Source of the DNA: Myxococcales bacterium | GTDB lineage: Bacteria; Myxococcota_A; UBA9042; JABWCM01; BTVJ01 | DNA: 64,000 nucleotides | Assembly: GCA_045863395.1 (NCBI GenBank) | Contig: BTVJ01000026.1 | Location: forward strand, 11,593 to 75,592 | Direction: 5' to 3' | Shown here: positions 8,442-18,303 of the stretch, piece after piece | How positions within the stretch are numbered: the first letter of the stretch is position 1 | Layout of the letters: each line of letters starts with the position of its first letter | Position numbers and translations under genes: made by a program | Notes under the pieces: model-generated | Databases searched by the model: none | Seen by the model: the letters and a program-made list of their open reading frames with translations, nothing else | Told to the model about the DNA's origin: nothing

Positions 8442-9854
8442 ATGGCGTCGAGCGCACTGGCAGAGCGGCTCCCCTGGAGCCCCGTCGAGGAGGTCATGGA
8501 GCGGAGCGGGCTCACCGGGCGACCGGTCATCCTCGTGGTCGACGACGACACGTCCAACCTGGCGTCGCTGCAGCGGGTCTTCGAGCGTGAGGAGCTGGAC
8601 GTCATCGCGGCGGAGGACGGGCGGGCGGCCCTCGACATCCTGCGGCGGCAGCGGGTGGACGTGGTCCTCACGGACGTCATGATGCCGGGCATCACGGGCA
8701 TGGACCTGCTCAAGACCGTCCGCACCGTGTCGCCGGAGGCCGAGGTGATCCTCATGACCGCCTTCGGCACCATCGAGACGGCGGTCGAGGCCATGAAGGA
8801 CGGCGCCTACGACTTCATCACCAAGCCCTTCAAGCGCATCCAGGTCGTACGCTCCGTGCGCCGCGCCCTGGAGAAGCAGTCCCTGCTGACAGAGAACCGC
8901 GCGCTCCGCGAGCGCCTGGAGACCATGCTCCAGGAGAAGGACATCATCGGCTCCAGCGTGGCCATCCGGAAGGTGGTCGACATGGTCCACCAGGTGGCGC
9001 CGAGCGCCGCCACGGTGCTGCTGCAGGGCGAGAGCGGCACGGGCAAGGAGCTGTTCGCGCGAGCCATCCACCGCCACAGCGCCCGGTCGGGCGGCCCCTT
9101 CGTCGCCATCAACTGCGCCGCCATCCCCGAGAGCATCCTGGAGAGCGAGCTGTTCGGGTATGAGCGCGGGGCGTTCACCGGGGCGGCGCAGCGCAAGGAG
9201 GGGCGGTTCAAGCTCGCCGACGGCGGCACGCTGCTCCTCGACGAGATCGGGGAGGTCGCTCCGGCGGTCCAGGTCAAGCTGCTGCGGGTGCTCCAGGAGG
9301 GCGAGATAGAGCGCCTCGGCGGGACCCAGCCGGTCAAGGTGGACGTGCGCATCGTCGCGGCGACCAACAAGAACCTGGCCGAGGAGGTGAAGCGGGGACG
9401 CTTCCGCGAGGACCTCTTCTACCGGCTGAACGTCATCGCCATCAACCTGCCGCCTCTTCGGGAGCGCCGGGACGACATCCCGCTTCTGGCCACTCACTTC
9501 CTGCGGATCTTCTGCGACAAGAACCGGAAGGAGATCCGTGGTTTCCAGCGGGACGCGCTGGAGGCGCTCGCCGGCTGGGACTGGCCGGGCAACGTGCGGG
9601 AGCTGGAGAACACCATCGAGCGGGCCGTGGTGCTGTGTCGCGGCGATACGGTGCGGCGCGAGGACCTGCCCGAGCACATCGCGGAGTCGGACAATGCCCC
9701 GCTGCCGCACATCACGGTGGCGCTGGGCACCCCCCTGGAGGACGTGGAGAAGCAGCTCATCCGGGAGACCCTGCGGATGACGAACGGCGACAAGCGCCTG
9801 GCCGCACAGCTCCTGGGCATCGCCACGCGGACCATCTACAGGAAGATCGACTGA
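8442..9854 (+). CDS. Sigma-54-dependent Fis-family response regulator (NtrC-like: receiver + AAA+ + HTH)
   Basis: GGAGGAAGG RBS before ATG 8442. Receiver (VILVVDDD…DVVLTDVMMPG), sigma54-interaction AAA+ motifs (LLQGESGTGKELFARAIH, ESELFGYERGAFTGA, GGTLLLDEIGE, FREDLFYRLNV), C-terminal HTH (LLGIATRTIYRKI). Confidence 0.9.
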   Translation: MASSALAERLPWSPVEEVMERSGLTGRPVILVVDDDTSNLASLQRVFEREELDVIAAEDGRAALDILRRQRVDVVLTDVMMPGITGMDLLKTVRTVSPEAEVILMTAFGTIETAVEAMKDGAYDFITKPFKRIQVVRSVRRALEKQSLLTENRALRERLETMLQEKDIIGSSVAIRKVVDMVHQVAPSAATVLLQGESGTGKELFARAIHRHSARSGGPFVAINCAAIPESILESELFGYERGAFTGAAQRKEGRFKLADGGTLLLDEIGEVAPAVQVKLLRVLQEGEIERLGGTQPVKVDVRIVAATNKNLAEEVKRGRFREDLFYRLNVIAINLPPLRERRDDIPLLATHFLRIFCDKNRKEIRGFQRDALEALAGWDWPGNVRELENTIERAVVLCRGDTVRREDLPEHIAESDNAPLPHITVALGTPLEDVEKQLIRETLRMTNGDKRLAAQLLGIATRTIYRKID

Positions 9855-9872
9855 GCACCGAAGCTGGTGCTC
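9853..9872 (+). terminator. Possible stem-loop overlapping the regulator stop codon (7-bp stem GAGCACC/GGTGCTC, 6-nt loop); no T-tract
   Basis: Inverted repeat read directly; weak terminator candidate only. Confidence 0.2.
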
Positions 9873-9925
9873 CACGGCGCCGCGGATGCCAGATTGGCAC
9901 CGGCGGCCGGACCCCGCGGGTTCTT

Positions 9926-9953
9926 TTGACAAAATGACCCGCTCGGCTATGAT
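9926..9953 (+). promoter_or_regulatory. Near-consensus sigma-70-type promoter candidate (TTGACA-N16-TATGAT) about 275 bp upstream of gspC
   Basis: ttcttTTGACAaaatgacccgctcggcTATGATgcg read directly. Promoter preferences of this organism are not known to me. Confidence 0.3.
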
Positions 9954-10226
9954 GCGCGCGGGCCAGGGTCCAGCCGAGCCGCGGCGGGGCGTGCAGATCG
10001 GAGCTCCCGCGAGGGTCCGGCGCTCTGCACCCCCGGGGCCGCGGTGACCATGACGCGCGACGGGCGGTCCGTGGCGCGGTTGTTGCAGTCAGGGGCTACG
10101 CCCTAGCCCTCGCCGCTCGGCATGCGGGGGGCGACTGCTGGCTTCCATCCTGGACGACGACTCCGAGCGAGTGGGTGGGGGCTCATCCACTCACGCTCCG
10201 GATCGGGCATGGTGTGACGCGGCCTC

Positions 10227-11210
10227 ATGGAGACCCTGTTCAAACGGTACTTCTGGGTGATCAACCTGCTCGCGCTGGCGGCGGCCGCGTGGATGCTGGC
10301 GACCACCATCAATGAGTACGTGAGCAGGAAGCTCCTCGCGGTGCCGGCGGCGGAGCTCTCTGCCGACAAGAGCAAGGGCGGCGCCCTGTCCCCCCGAACC
10401 CTGTGGGCGGACAACATCTCAGACGAGCTCAAGTCGCGGCGGCCGTTCAACTCCGACCCGCCCGCCGAAGAGAAGGTAGACGAGGGAGGCCCCGTCGACG
10501 AGGATCCCGTGGAGGAGGCGCCGGAGGAGGAGCAGGTCATCGAGTGCGACCAGCTCGGCGTGAACCTCATCGGCACGATGATCTCGCCGGAGCCCTCCAT
10601 GTCCATGGCGACCATCGAGGCGGAGGGCGCCACCAAGCTCATCCGCCTTGGCACGTCCGTCCTCGACAAGGCGGAGGTCAGAGAGATCTCGCGGCGCTAC
10701 ATCCGCCTCTCGCAGGGCGACAAGGACTGCGTCGTGCGCCTCTGGGGCGAGAAGGCCCCCCCGGGGATGCGCCCTGGCGCCCGCCCGGGCATGCCGCCCA
10801 TGCCCGTCGCGCGGCCCGCCCAGAACCCGGCGGCGGCAGCCCCCCGGCAGCCCACCCAGGACTACGCGGCGGGCGTCAAGCAGAAGAGCGAGACGGAGTT
10901 CGAGATCAGCCGCGCCATGATCGACCAGAACCTGGAGGACCTGAGCACGCTCGGAATGCAGGCCCGCATCGTGCCCAACTACCGCAACGGCAAGTACGAG
11001 GGGTTCAAGCTGGTCGGGGTGCGCCCGAACAGCCTCTACCGGGCCATCGGGATCCGCAGCGGCGACGTCATCAAGAGGATCAACGGGCGTGAGATCAACA
11101 GCCCGAACAAGGCCATCGAGCTCTTCGAGAGCCTCAAGAACTCGAGCAACATCGCCCTCGACATCGAGCGCCGGGGGCAGCTCTCGACGATGCAGTACAC
11201 GATCAAGTAG
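10227..11210 (+). CDS. gspC: Type II secretion system protein GspC-like (N-terminal membrane anchor, C-terminal PDZ)
   Basis: N-terminal hydrophobic helix (YFWVINLLALAAAAWMLATTI), Pro/Ala-rich linker, C-terminal PDZ-like segment (GIRSGDVIKRINGREINSPNKAIELFESL). First gene of the gsp operon. Confidence 0.75.
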   Translation: METLFKRYFWVINLLALAAAAWMLATTINEYVSRKLLAVPAAELSADKSKGGALSPRTLWADNISDELKSRRPFNSDPPAEEKVDEGGPVDEDPVEEAPEEEQVIECDQLGVNLIGTMISPEPSMSMATIEAEGATKLIRLGTSVLDKAEVREISRRYIRLSQGDKDCVVRLWGEKAPPGMRPGARPGMPPMPVARPAQNPAAAAPRQPTQDYAAGVKQKSETEFEISRAMIDQNLEDLSTLGMQARIVPNYRNGKYEGFKLVGVRPNSLYRAIGIRSGDVIKRINGREINSPNKAIELFESLKNSSNIALDIERRGQLSTMQYTIK

Positions 11211-11274
11211 ATGCACGTGGCCCGGCCGCGGCCCGCTCCGGCGCGGCCCGCCTCAACACGAACTCGGAGTCCCT

Positions 11275-14031
11275 GTGCGCGTCTCACTGTCCAACATCTC
11301 GGCGTCTGCCCGCTCAGTCGCACGCCTGCTTGCGGCGCTGATCGTCCTGGCCGCGTCCGTCGCCCAAGGGCAGCAGCCGGTGCCCGTGCGGCCCGCGCCC
11401 GTCAACCCCCCGGTCGATCCCGGCGGGGGCGCGGGGGTGATCAACAAGGGCGGGGCCCAGCCGCTGCCCTTCGACCCCAAGCAGCTCGGGCAGCCCGGCG
11501 TCGGTGAGGCGCCCATCGCGGGAGAGGCCGGCTCGGACGTCTCCCCCACGCCCGTCGATGACATGATCACGTTCAAGTCCAACTACGAGAAGGACGTGAA
11601 GTGCATCAAGCTGCCGCTGAACGCCAAGATCAACATCGACTTCGAGGACGCGGACCTGCTCTCCGTCGCCAAGTTCATCGGGTGCATCACGGAGCAGAAC
11701 TTCATCCTGGCGGGTGGCCTGAAGGGCAAGACGATCACGATCATGAGCCCCAAGCCGGTGACCGCCTATGAGGCGTACCGGGCGTTCCTGGCGGCCCTCG
11801 AGATCAACCAGATGACGATCGTTCCGACGGGCAAGTTCCTCAAGATCGAGGACGTCGGCAAGGCCAAGCAGGACACCCTGCCCATCTACGGGCCGCGCCA
11901 GAGCGTGCCCGGGGACGAGCGCTTCGTCACGCGGCTCGTCCAGCTCGAGCACATCGGCGCCGACGAGATGTCGCAGGTGCTGATGAAGTTCAAGACCGCC
12001 CAGGGCGACATCTCCACCTACCCGCCGACCAACACGCTCATCGTCACGGACACGGGCGTGAACATCAAGCGCATGCTCGGGCTGCTCAAGGAGCTGGACG
12101 TCCCGACGGGCAAGGAGCGGGTGTGGATCCGCCAGGTCGAGTACGCCCAGGCGACGGAGCTGGTCGACAAGCTCATGCAGGTGTTCGGCGAGCAGCAGGG
12201 GGCAGCGGCGAAGGCGTCGGCGGCGGAGGCAGCCCGGCGGCGCCTCGAGGCGCGGCGGGCGGCCCAGGCGCGCGGGGCGCAGCAGCCAGCAGCGGCGAGC
12301 GCCCCGATGGCGGGCGAGCAGGGGCTGGAGCCCGGCGCCGTGTCCGTGTCGAAGATCCTGGCCGACGAGCGCACGAACCAGCTCATCATCGTGGCCAACC
12401 GCACCAGCTACTTCAAGCTCGACAAGCTGATCCGCAAGCTGGACGTGCCGATCCCCGGGGAGGGGCAGATCCACATCCACTACCTGGAGAACGCCGACGC
12501 CGACGAGATCTCCAGCACCCTGTCCTCGCTCACGCAAGGGGGGGCGGCCGGTGGCGCGCGAGGCGCAGGTGCCCGCCCGCGGACGGGCGCCCCCGCGGCG
12601 GCGGGCGCTCCCGCGGGCGCAGCGGGCGGCGCGGGCGGCTCGGCCGCGCTCTTCGAGGGCGAGGTGAAGATCACGGCCCACAAGGAGACCAACTCCCTCG
12701 TCATCGAGGCGTCGCTCAAGGACTACCTGAACCTGAAGAAGGTCATCCAGCGCCTGGACGTGCGCCGCAAGCAGGTCTACGTGGAGGCGGTGATCATGGA
12801 GATCACGTCGTCCAAGGACCAGAAGCTCGGCATCAGCGGGTCGGCGGGGACCACGTTCGACATCGACGGCAACGAGGTGCCGCTGCTGTTCGGGCTCGGC
12901 GGCCTGGGCATCTCGTCCTTCGACCTGCAGCAGCTCCAGAAGGGCGGCATCGCGGCCGGCATGCAGGGGCCGCTGGTCGATGTGGATCCGGGCTCGGCCG
13001 CGCGCTCCGGCGCCCTGTCGCTGCCGACCTTCGGGTTCCTGATCCAGGCGCTGCACTCGAACTCCGACGTCAACATCCTGTCGACGCCGCACATCCTGAC
13101 CACGGACAACGAGGAGGCGGAGATCCAGGTGGGCAAGCAGATCCCGTACCGTGCCTCCGGGGTTGGGGGCGGGCTCGGCTCCCTGGCGTCGCTGGCCGGC
13201 CTCGGCGGCGGCCTGACCCAGAACGCGGGCAGCGCCTTGGGCGGCCTCGGCGGCCTCGGCGGGCTGGGGGCCCTCGGCGCCCTGGGCGGCCTCGGTACGA
13301 CCCAGTACGTGGACGTGGACCTGACCCTGAAGATCACCCCGCACATCAACGAGAGCGACTTCGTGCGGCTGGAGATCGACCAGGAGATCGAAGACGTCGA
13401 GAGCATCCAGGCGGATCTGGGGCCGACGACCAGCCGCCGGAAGGTCAAGAACACCGTGGTGGTGAAGGACCAGCAGCCCGTGGTCATCGGTGGCCTGATC
13501 CGCGACACCGAGACCGAGGGCGTGGACAAGGTGCCCTTCCTCGGCGACATCCCCGTGCTCGGCTACCTGTTCCGCAAGAACGTGCGGACGACGGAGAAGA
13601 AGAACCTGCTGATGATCATCGTGCCGACCATCATCAGCGATCCGAGCGACCTCAAGCGCATCCACGAGAACCGCATGCAGGAGATGCGGGACTTCGGCGA
13701 CCAGCTCGCAACCAAGAAGAAGGAGTACATGGGCCAGGTGGACTACCGCAAGAAGAGCGGAATCCTGCAGCACATGAACTCGGTTGTCTCCAGAGCGCGC
13801 ACGGATCGCGAGCTGTTGGAGAAGACCACCTTCGACCAGTCGGAGCTGGACCTCATCGGGCCGCCGGAGACCCACGACATCGAGTACGACCCCTACGAGG
13901 CGGAGAAGGAGCGCCGGGCCCGCGCCCGTGGGGCGGCGAAGCCCGCCGCGACGGAGCCTGCCGCGCCTGCGCCTGCCACCGTCCGGCCCGAGACGGACTC
14001 CATCGAGATCGATCCGGACGACGGGCCATGA
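11275..14031 (+). CDS. gspD: Type II secretion system secretin GspD
   Basis: Start set at in-frame GTG 11275 (GGAG 8 nt upstream), giving signal peptide VRVSLSNISASARSVARLLAALIVLAASVAQG. The ORF-track start 11089 would overlap gspC by 120 nt with an Arg/Ser-rich N-terminus. N-domains, a Gly/Ala-rich insert and the secretin domain (IPVLGYLFRKNVRTTEKKNLLMIIVPTII) are present. Confidence 0.85.
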   Translation: MRVSLSNISASARSVARLLAALIVLAASVAQGQQPVPVRPAPVNPPVDPGGGAGVINKGGAQPLPFDPKQLGQPGVGEAPIAGEAGSDVSPTPVDDMITFKSNYEKDVKCIKLPLNAKINIDFEDADLLSVAKFIGCITEQNFILAGGLKGKTITIMSPKPVTAYEAYRAFLAALEINQMTIVPTGKFLKIEDVGKAKQDTLPIYGPRQSVPGDERFVTRLVQLEHIGADEMSQVLMKFKTAQGDISTYPPTNTLIVTDTGVNIKRMLGLLKELDVPTGKERVWIRQVEYAQATELVDKLMQVFGEQQGAAAKASAAEAARRRLEARRAAQARGAQQPAAASAPMAGEQGLEPGAVSVSKILADERTNQLIIVANRTSYFKLDKLIRKLDVPIPGEGQIHIHYLENADADEISSTLSSLTQGGAAGGARGAGARPRTGAPAAAGAPAGAAGGAGGSAALFEGEVKITAHKETNSLVIEASLKDYLNLKKVIQRLDVRRKQVYVEAVIMEITSSKDQKLGISGSAGTTFDIDGNEVPLLFGLGGLGISSFDLQQLQKGGIAAGMQGPLVDVDPGSAARSGALSLPTFGFLIQALHSNSDVNILSTPHILTTDNEEAEIQVGKQIPYRASGVGGGLGSLASLAGLGGGLTQNAGSALGGLGGLGGLGALGALGGLGTTQYVDVDLTLKITPHINESDFVRLEIDQEIEDVESIQADLGPTTSRRKVKNTVVVKDQQPVVIGGLIRDTETEGVDKVPFLGDIPVLGYLFRKNVRTTEKKNLLMIIVPTIISDPSDLKRIHENRMQEMRDFGDQLATKKKEYMGQVDYRKKSGILQHMNSVVSRARTDRELLEKTTFDQSELDLIGPPETHDIEYDPYEAEKERRARARGAAKPAATEPAAPAPATVRPETDSIEIDPDDGP

Positions 14032-14049
14032 CCAGCGGCTTCAGCAGAC

Positions 14050-15834
14050 GTGAGGATGGGTGACGTGGTGCTGTCCGCGCACATGGACATGGCCCCGAGG
14101 CGCCTCGGCGAGATCCTTCTCGAGCGCGGCAAGGTGACCCGCTCGCAGCTCGACGCGGCGCTCCAGTCCCAGGCCGACAAGGGGGGGCGCCTCGGCGAGG
14201 TGCTGATCGCGATGCGCTCCTGCCAGGAGGAGGACGTCCTGGAGGCCCTGTCCGTGCAGCTCGGGATCCCCATGATCACGGGCATCCAGCTCGACCAGAT
14301 GGACCCGGCCATCGTCGCGCCGCTGTCGATCACCTACGCCAAGCAGCACGTCTTCCTGCCGATCGAGCGCACGGACGACGCGCTGATCGTCGCGGTCAAC
14401 GATCCCCTCGAGATCTACGCCCTCGACGATCTGCGCACCATCTACGACCGTCCCGTGGAGCCGCGCATCGCCTCGTCGACCGTCATCCTGGAGGCCATCA
14501 ACAAGATCTTCGACCGGCGCGCCGGCGCCGATCAGGTCATGGACGAGCTCGAGACCCAGGACCTGGACAAGGTCGCCCACGATCTGGAGGCCGAGGCCCA
14601 GGACATCCTCGACGCCGACGACGAGGCGCCGATCATCCGGCTCGTCAACTCGGTCCTGAACCAGGCGGTCAAGGAGAAGGCCAGCGACATCCACATCGAG
14701 CCCTTCGAGAAGTTCGTCAGCGTGCGGTTCAGAAAGGACGGCGTGCTCCACGACATCATCCACGCGCCGAAGCGCTTCCAGTCCTCCATCACGAGCCGCA
14801 TCAAGATCATGGGGGACTTGAACATCGCCGAGAAGCGGCTTCCCCAGGACGGCCGCATCCGCATCAAGGTGGCCGGGCGCGACATCGACATCCGCCTCTC
14901 CACCGTCCCGACCAGCCACGGCGAGCGGCTCGTGCTCCGGCTCCTCGACAAGACCAACACGGTGCTCGATCTGCGCCGCCTCGGGTTCTCGAAGGAGAAC
15001 TTCGAGAAGATGGAGCAGCTCCTCAAGCGACCGCACGGCATCCTGCTCGTGACCGGCCCGACGGGAAGCGGCAAGACGACCACCCTGTACGCCGCGCTGA
15101 CCAGCATCAACTCGCCGGACAAGAACATCCTGACCGTCGAGGATCCGGTGGAGTACCAGATCCACGGCATCGGGCAGATGCAGGTCAACCCGAAGATCAA
15201 CTTCACCTTCGCCTCGGGGCTCCGCGCCATCTTGCGCCAGGACCCGGACGTGGTGCTCGTCGGCGAGATCCGCGACCTGGAGACGGCGGAGATCGCCGTC
15301 CAGGCGTCGCTGACCGGCCACCTCGTGTTCTCGACGGTCCACACCAACGACTCGGCGAGCACGTTCACGCGGCTCATCGACATGGGGGTCGAGCCGTTCC
15401 TCATCGCGTCGTCCGTGGCCGCCTGCGTGGCCCAGCGCCTCGTGCGGCGCATCTGCAAGCACTGTCGCGAGCCATACACGCCCGCCGACGCGGAGCTGGA
15501 TCAGCTCGGGCTGCTGGGGCCCACGGCGAGGTTCGCGCCGCTCCTGCGGGAGCGCTTCGGGGCCGAGCGGCCCATGTTCTTCCGCACGGTGGGCTGCAAG
15601 GAGTGCGCGGGCACGGGGTACTCGGGGCGCGCCGCCATCTATGAGATGCTGGTCGTCAGCGACGAGATCCGCACGCTGGTCATGCAGAACGTCTCGTCCA
15701 CGGAGATCAAGAAGAAGGCCGTGGCCTTGGGCATGTTGTCGCTCCTCGACGACGGGGCGCTCAAGGTCATCGACGGGGAGACCACCGCCGAGGAGGTCTT
15801 CCGCGTGGCCAGCGTTCGGGACGAGGTGTTCTAG
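14050..15834 (+). CDS. gspE: Type II secretion system ATPase GspE
   Basis: Walker A GPTGSGKTT, Asp box, Walker B VVLVGEIRD, His box, tetracysteine CKHC…CKEC. Start ambiguous between GTG 14050 and ATG 14056 or 14083. Confidence 0.95.
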   Translation: MRMGDVVLSAHMDMAPRRLGEILLERGKVTRSQLDAALQSQADKGGRLGEVLIAMRSCQEEDVLEALSVQLGIPMITGIQLDQMDPAIVAPLSITYAKQHVFLPIERTDDALIVAVNDPLEIYALDDLRTIYDRPVEPRIASSTVILEAINKIFDRRAGADQVMDELETQDLDKVAHDLEAEAQDILDADDEAPIIRLVNSVLNQAVKEKASDIHIEPFEKFVSVRFRKDGVLHDIIHAPKRFQSSITSRIKIMGDLNIAEKRLPQDGRIRIKVAGRDIDIRLSTVPTSHGERLVLRLLDKTNTVLDLRRLGFSKENFEKMEQLLKRPHGILLVTGPTGSGKTTTLYAALTSINSPDKNILTVEDPVEYQIHGIGQMQVNPKINFTFASGLRAILRQDPDVVLVGEIRDLETAEIAVQASLTGHLVFSTVHTNDSASTFTRLIDMGVEPFLIASSVAACVAQRLVRRICKHCREPYTPADAELDQLGLLGPTARFAPLLRERFGAERPMFFRTVGCKECAGTGYSGRAAIYEMLVVSDEIRTLVMQNVSSTEIKKKAVALGMLSLLDDGALKVIDGETTAEEVFRVASVRDEVF

Positions 15835-15900
15835 TCCGCGCCCGTGTGCCTCCGCTGACCCACGCACGTACAAGGCGACCGCCGGAGATCGGGAGAGAGC

Positions 15901-17163
15901 ATGGCTGTCTTCGAGTACAAGGGGCTGAACGCGAAGGGGAAGCCCGTCACGGGCGTCCTGGATGCGGACAACCCGCGCGTGCTGAAGATGAACCTCCGCA
16001 AGGACGGCATCTTCCTCACGGAGTACGCGGAGACCGACAAGGGGGGGGCGAAGAAGGCGGTCGTCAAGGGCACCCTCAAGACGGCCGGGTCCAAGGACGT
16101 CGAGCTCGGGCGCATGTTCCAGCGCGTCAAGCTCATGGACGTCGCCATCGTGACCCGCCAGCTCGCAACGCTGATCAAGGCGGGCATCCCGGTGGTTGAC
16201 TCTTTGTCAGCGACCATCGACCAGACGGAGAACCCCAAGCTCAAGTCCGTGCTGACCGCGGTGCGGCAGCAGATCAACGAGGGCTCCTCGCTGGCCAACG
16301 CGCTGGCCCAGCACCCCAAGACGTTCAGCGAGATGTTCGTGAACATGGTCCGCGCCGGCGAGTCGTCGGGCACCCTGGACCTGGTGTTCCTGCGCCTGGC
16401 GGACTTCATCGAGGGCCAGGTCAAGCTCCGCACCAAGCTCATCGGGTCCATGATGTACCCGGTGATCATGGTCGTGCTCGGCTTTGTCATTGTGTCACTG
16501 ATGATGGTCTTCGTGATCCCGAAGATCACCGAGATGTTCGCCGAGATGGGCGCGACGCTGCCCTGGCAGACCCGCATGCTCATCGGGGCCAGCGACTTCT
16601 TCCGCTCCTGGTGGTTCCTGATCTTCGGCGCAATGGGCGGCGCGGCCTGGTGGTTTCGCAAGTGGAAGGCCGGTGAGGCGGGGCGCGCGCGCTGGGACGG
16701 GATGATCCTCAAGTTCCCGATCTTCGGCGAGCTCAACCGGATGATCGCCATCACCCGCTTCTCGACGACCTTTGGCACGCTTCTGGCTAGTGGAGTCCAG
16801 CTCCTCGTGGCGCTCGACATCGTCAAGAGCGTGCTCAACAACGTGGTGCTCGCCCAGGTCATCGACGACGCGCGCACCGGGATCCGCGAGGGAGAGAGCA
16901 TCGCCGGCCCGCTGAAGCGGTCCGGGCAGTTCCCGCCGATGGTCACGCACATGATCGCCATCGGAGAGAAGTCCGGGCAGCTCACGGAGATGCTGACCAA
17001 CGTGTCGAGCGCCTACGAGGCCCAGGTGGAGAGCCGTGTGGGCCAGCTCACCGCCGTCCTGGAGCCGGTGATGCTCGTGCTGATGGGTATCGGCGTCGCG
17101 TTCCTCGTGTTCGCGATCCTCATGCCCATGCTCCAGATGAACGAGGCGATCTCGGGCGGCTGA
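15901..17163 (+). CDS. gspF: Type II secretion system inner-membrane platform protein GspF
   Basis: 420 aa with two GspF-type repeats and three TM segments; GGGAGAGAGC RBS before ATG. Confidence 0.9.
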   Translation: MAVFEYKGLNAKGKPVTGVLDADNPRVLKMNLRKDGIFLTEYAETDKGGAKKAVVKGTLKTAGSKDVELGRMFQRVKLMDVAIVTRQLATLIKAGIPVVDSLSATIDQTENPKLKSVLTAVRQQINEGSSLANALAQHPKTFSEMFVNMVRAGESSGTLDLVFLRLADFIEGQVKLRTKLIGSMMYPVIMVVLGFVIVSLMMVFVIPKITEMFAEMGATLPWQTRMLIGASDFFRSWWFLIFGAMGGAAWWFRKWKAGEAGRARWDGMILKFPIFGELNRMIAITRFSTTFGTLLASGVQLLVALDIVKSVLNNVVLAQVIDDARTGIREGESIAGPLKRSGQFPPMVTHMIAIGEKSGQLTEMLTNVSSAYEAQVESRVGQLTAVLEPVMLVLMGIGVAFLVFAILMPMLQMNEAISGG

Positions 17164-17220
17164 GCCGCCCACGGCACTTGGGTCCACATTGGCAGGCCCC
17201 CGGGCGGGGCGGAGGAGAGC

Positions 17221-17628
17221 ATGAGGAAGTTCTGGGATCGGACGGCGGCGCGCACGCTCCGCAATCAGCGCGGCATGACGCTCATCGAGATCATGGTGGT
17301 CATCGCGATCATCGGAATCCTGTCGACGGCCATCGGCTACGGCGTCGTGACCTACCTGCAGAAGGCGAAGATCGACTCCTGCAAAGCGCAGCTCCGCACC
17401 ATCGCCAACGCCATCGACATGTACGCCGCGTCGGATGACTACCCCAATGACCTGGGGTCGCTGACCGAGGGGAACAACGCCCCGCTCAAGGAGAGTCAGC
17501 TCAAGGACCCGTGGAAGCAGGAGATCACCTACAACCACCCGGCGCAGCGCGGGGGGGGGGAGTTCGACCTGTGCTCCAAGGGGCCCGACAAGAAGCAGAA
17601 CACCGACGACGACATCTGCCACGAGTAG
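17221..17628 (+). CDS. gspG: Type II secretion major pseudopilin GspG
   Basis: Prepilin leader and cleavage site RNQRG|MTLIEIMVVIAIIGIL, GspG core; GGAGGAGAGC RBS. Confidence 0.9.
   Translation: MRKFWDRTAARTLRNQRGMTLIEIMVVIAIIGILSTAIGYGVVTYLQKAKIDSCKAQLRTIANAIDMYAASDDYPNDLGSLTEGNNAPLKESQLKDPWKQEITYNHPAQRGGGEFDLCSKGPDKKQNTDDDICHE
17551..17560 (+). repeat. G10 homopolymeric tract inside gspG (encodes GGG in AQRGGGEF)
   Basis: gcgc gggggggggg agttc read directly; longest G-run noticed in the window. Confidence 0.9.
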
Positions 17629-17637
17629 GGCGACGGC

Positions 17638-18303
17638 ATGGTTCACGAGGCGCGCGCGCGGTCCACATCGAGGGGCTTCACGCTCATCGAGCTGCTCGCG
17701 ACCATCGTGATCATCCTGGTGATCACCGTCGCCGTCACCATCGCCATCGGCAACATCCAGCGAGCGGACCTGCCGGCCCAGTCGGGAAAGCTGGCCGCTG
17801 CCGTGCGGTACCTCTACAACCTGGCCGTGATCAACAACCAGAGCTACCGGCTGGTCATCGATCTCGGTGCCCGGGAGTACTGGGGTGAGGAGCTGCCCGC
17901 CGAGTCGCCGTGCGACGTGTTCCTGCTGGAGTCGGAGGGGGACCCGAAGGCCGCGGCCAAGCTGCAGACGCAGAAGGGCAAGAAGCGCAAGAAGGGGGAC
18001 GGGGACGAGGAGGCGGCCGCGCAGACAGCGGCCTTCGACGCGGTGAAGGACAACCTGCTCACCAAGCGCACCCTGGACACGAAGATCGAGTTCCGGGGGG
18101 TGATCACGTCGCACCACGCCGAGCTCCAGGAGGACGGACGGGTGGAGGTCAACTTCTTCCCGTCGGGCTACGTGGAGAAGGCGTACATCTATGTCGGGAC
18201 CGGCGAGCAGACCTTCACCATCGAGACGCGGCCCCTGCTCGGGACGGTGAGGATCCACAAGGAGAAGCTCAACCCCTCGAACCTGTTCAAGAAGGAGACC
18301 TGA
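17638..18303 (+). CDS. gspH: Type II secretion minor pseudopilin GspH-like
   Basis: Prepilin-type N-terminus SRG|FTLIELLATIVIILVI; position after gspG. Confidence 0.75.
   Translation: MVHEARARSTSRGFTLIELLATIVIILVITVAVTIAIGNIQRADLPAQSGKLAAAVRYLYNLAVINNQSYRLVIDLGAREYWGEELPAESPCDVFLLESEGDPKAAAKLQTQKGKKRKKGDGDEEAAAQTAAFDAVKDNLLTKRTLDTKIEFRGVITSHHAELQEDGRVEVNFFPSGYVEKAYIYVGTGEQTFTIETRPLLGTVRIHKEKLNPSNLFKKET

Noticed and set aside
11089-11274. ORF-track start for gspD at 11089
   Set aside because: It would overlap gspC by 120 nt and add an Arg/Ser-rich N-terminus; the in-frame GTG at 11275 gives a proper signal peptide and RBS.
11314-13875. 853-aa minus-strand ORF, and the 646-aa plus-strand ORF at 12123..14063, overlapping gspD
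   Set aside because: Antisense or alternate frame of a clearly conserved secretin gene; translations are Arg/Gly/Pro/Asp-rich low-complexity, typical of stop-free frames in high-G+C DNA.
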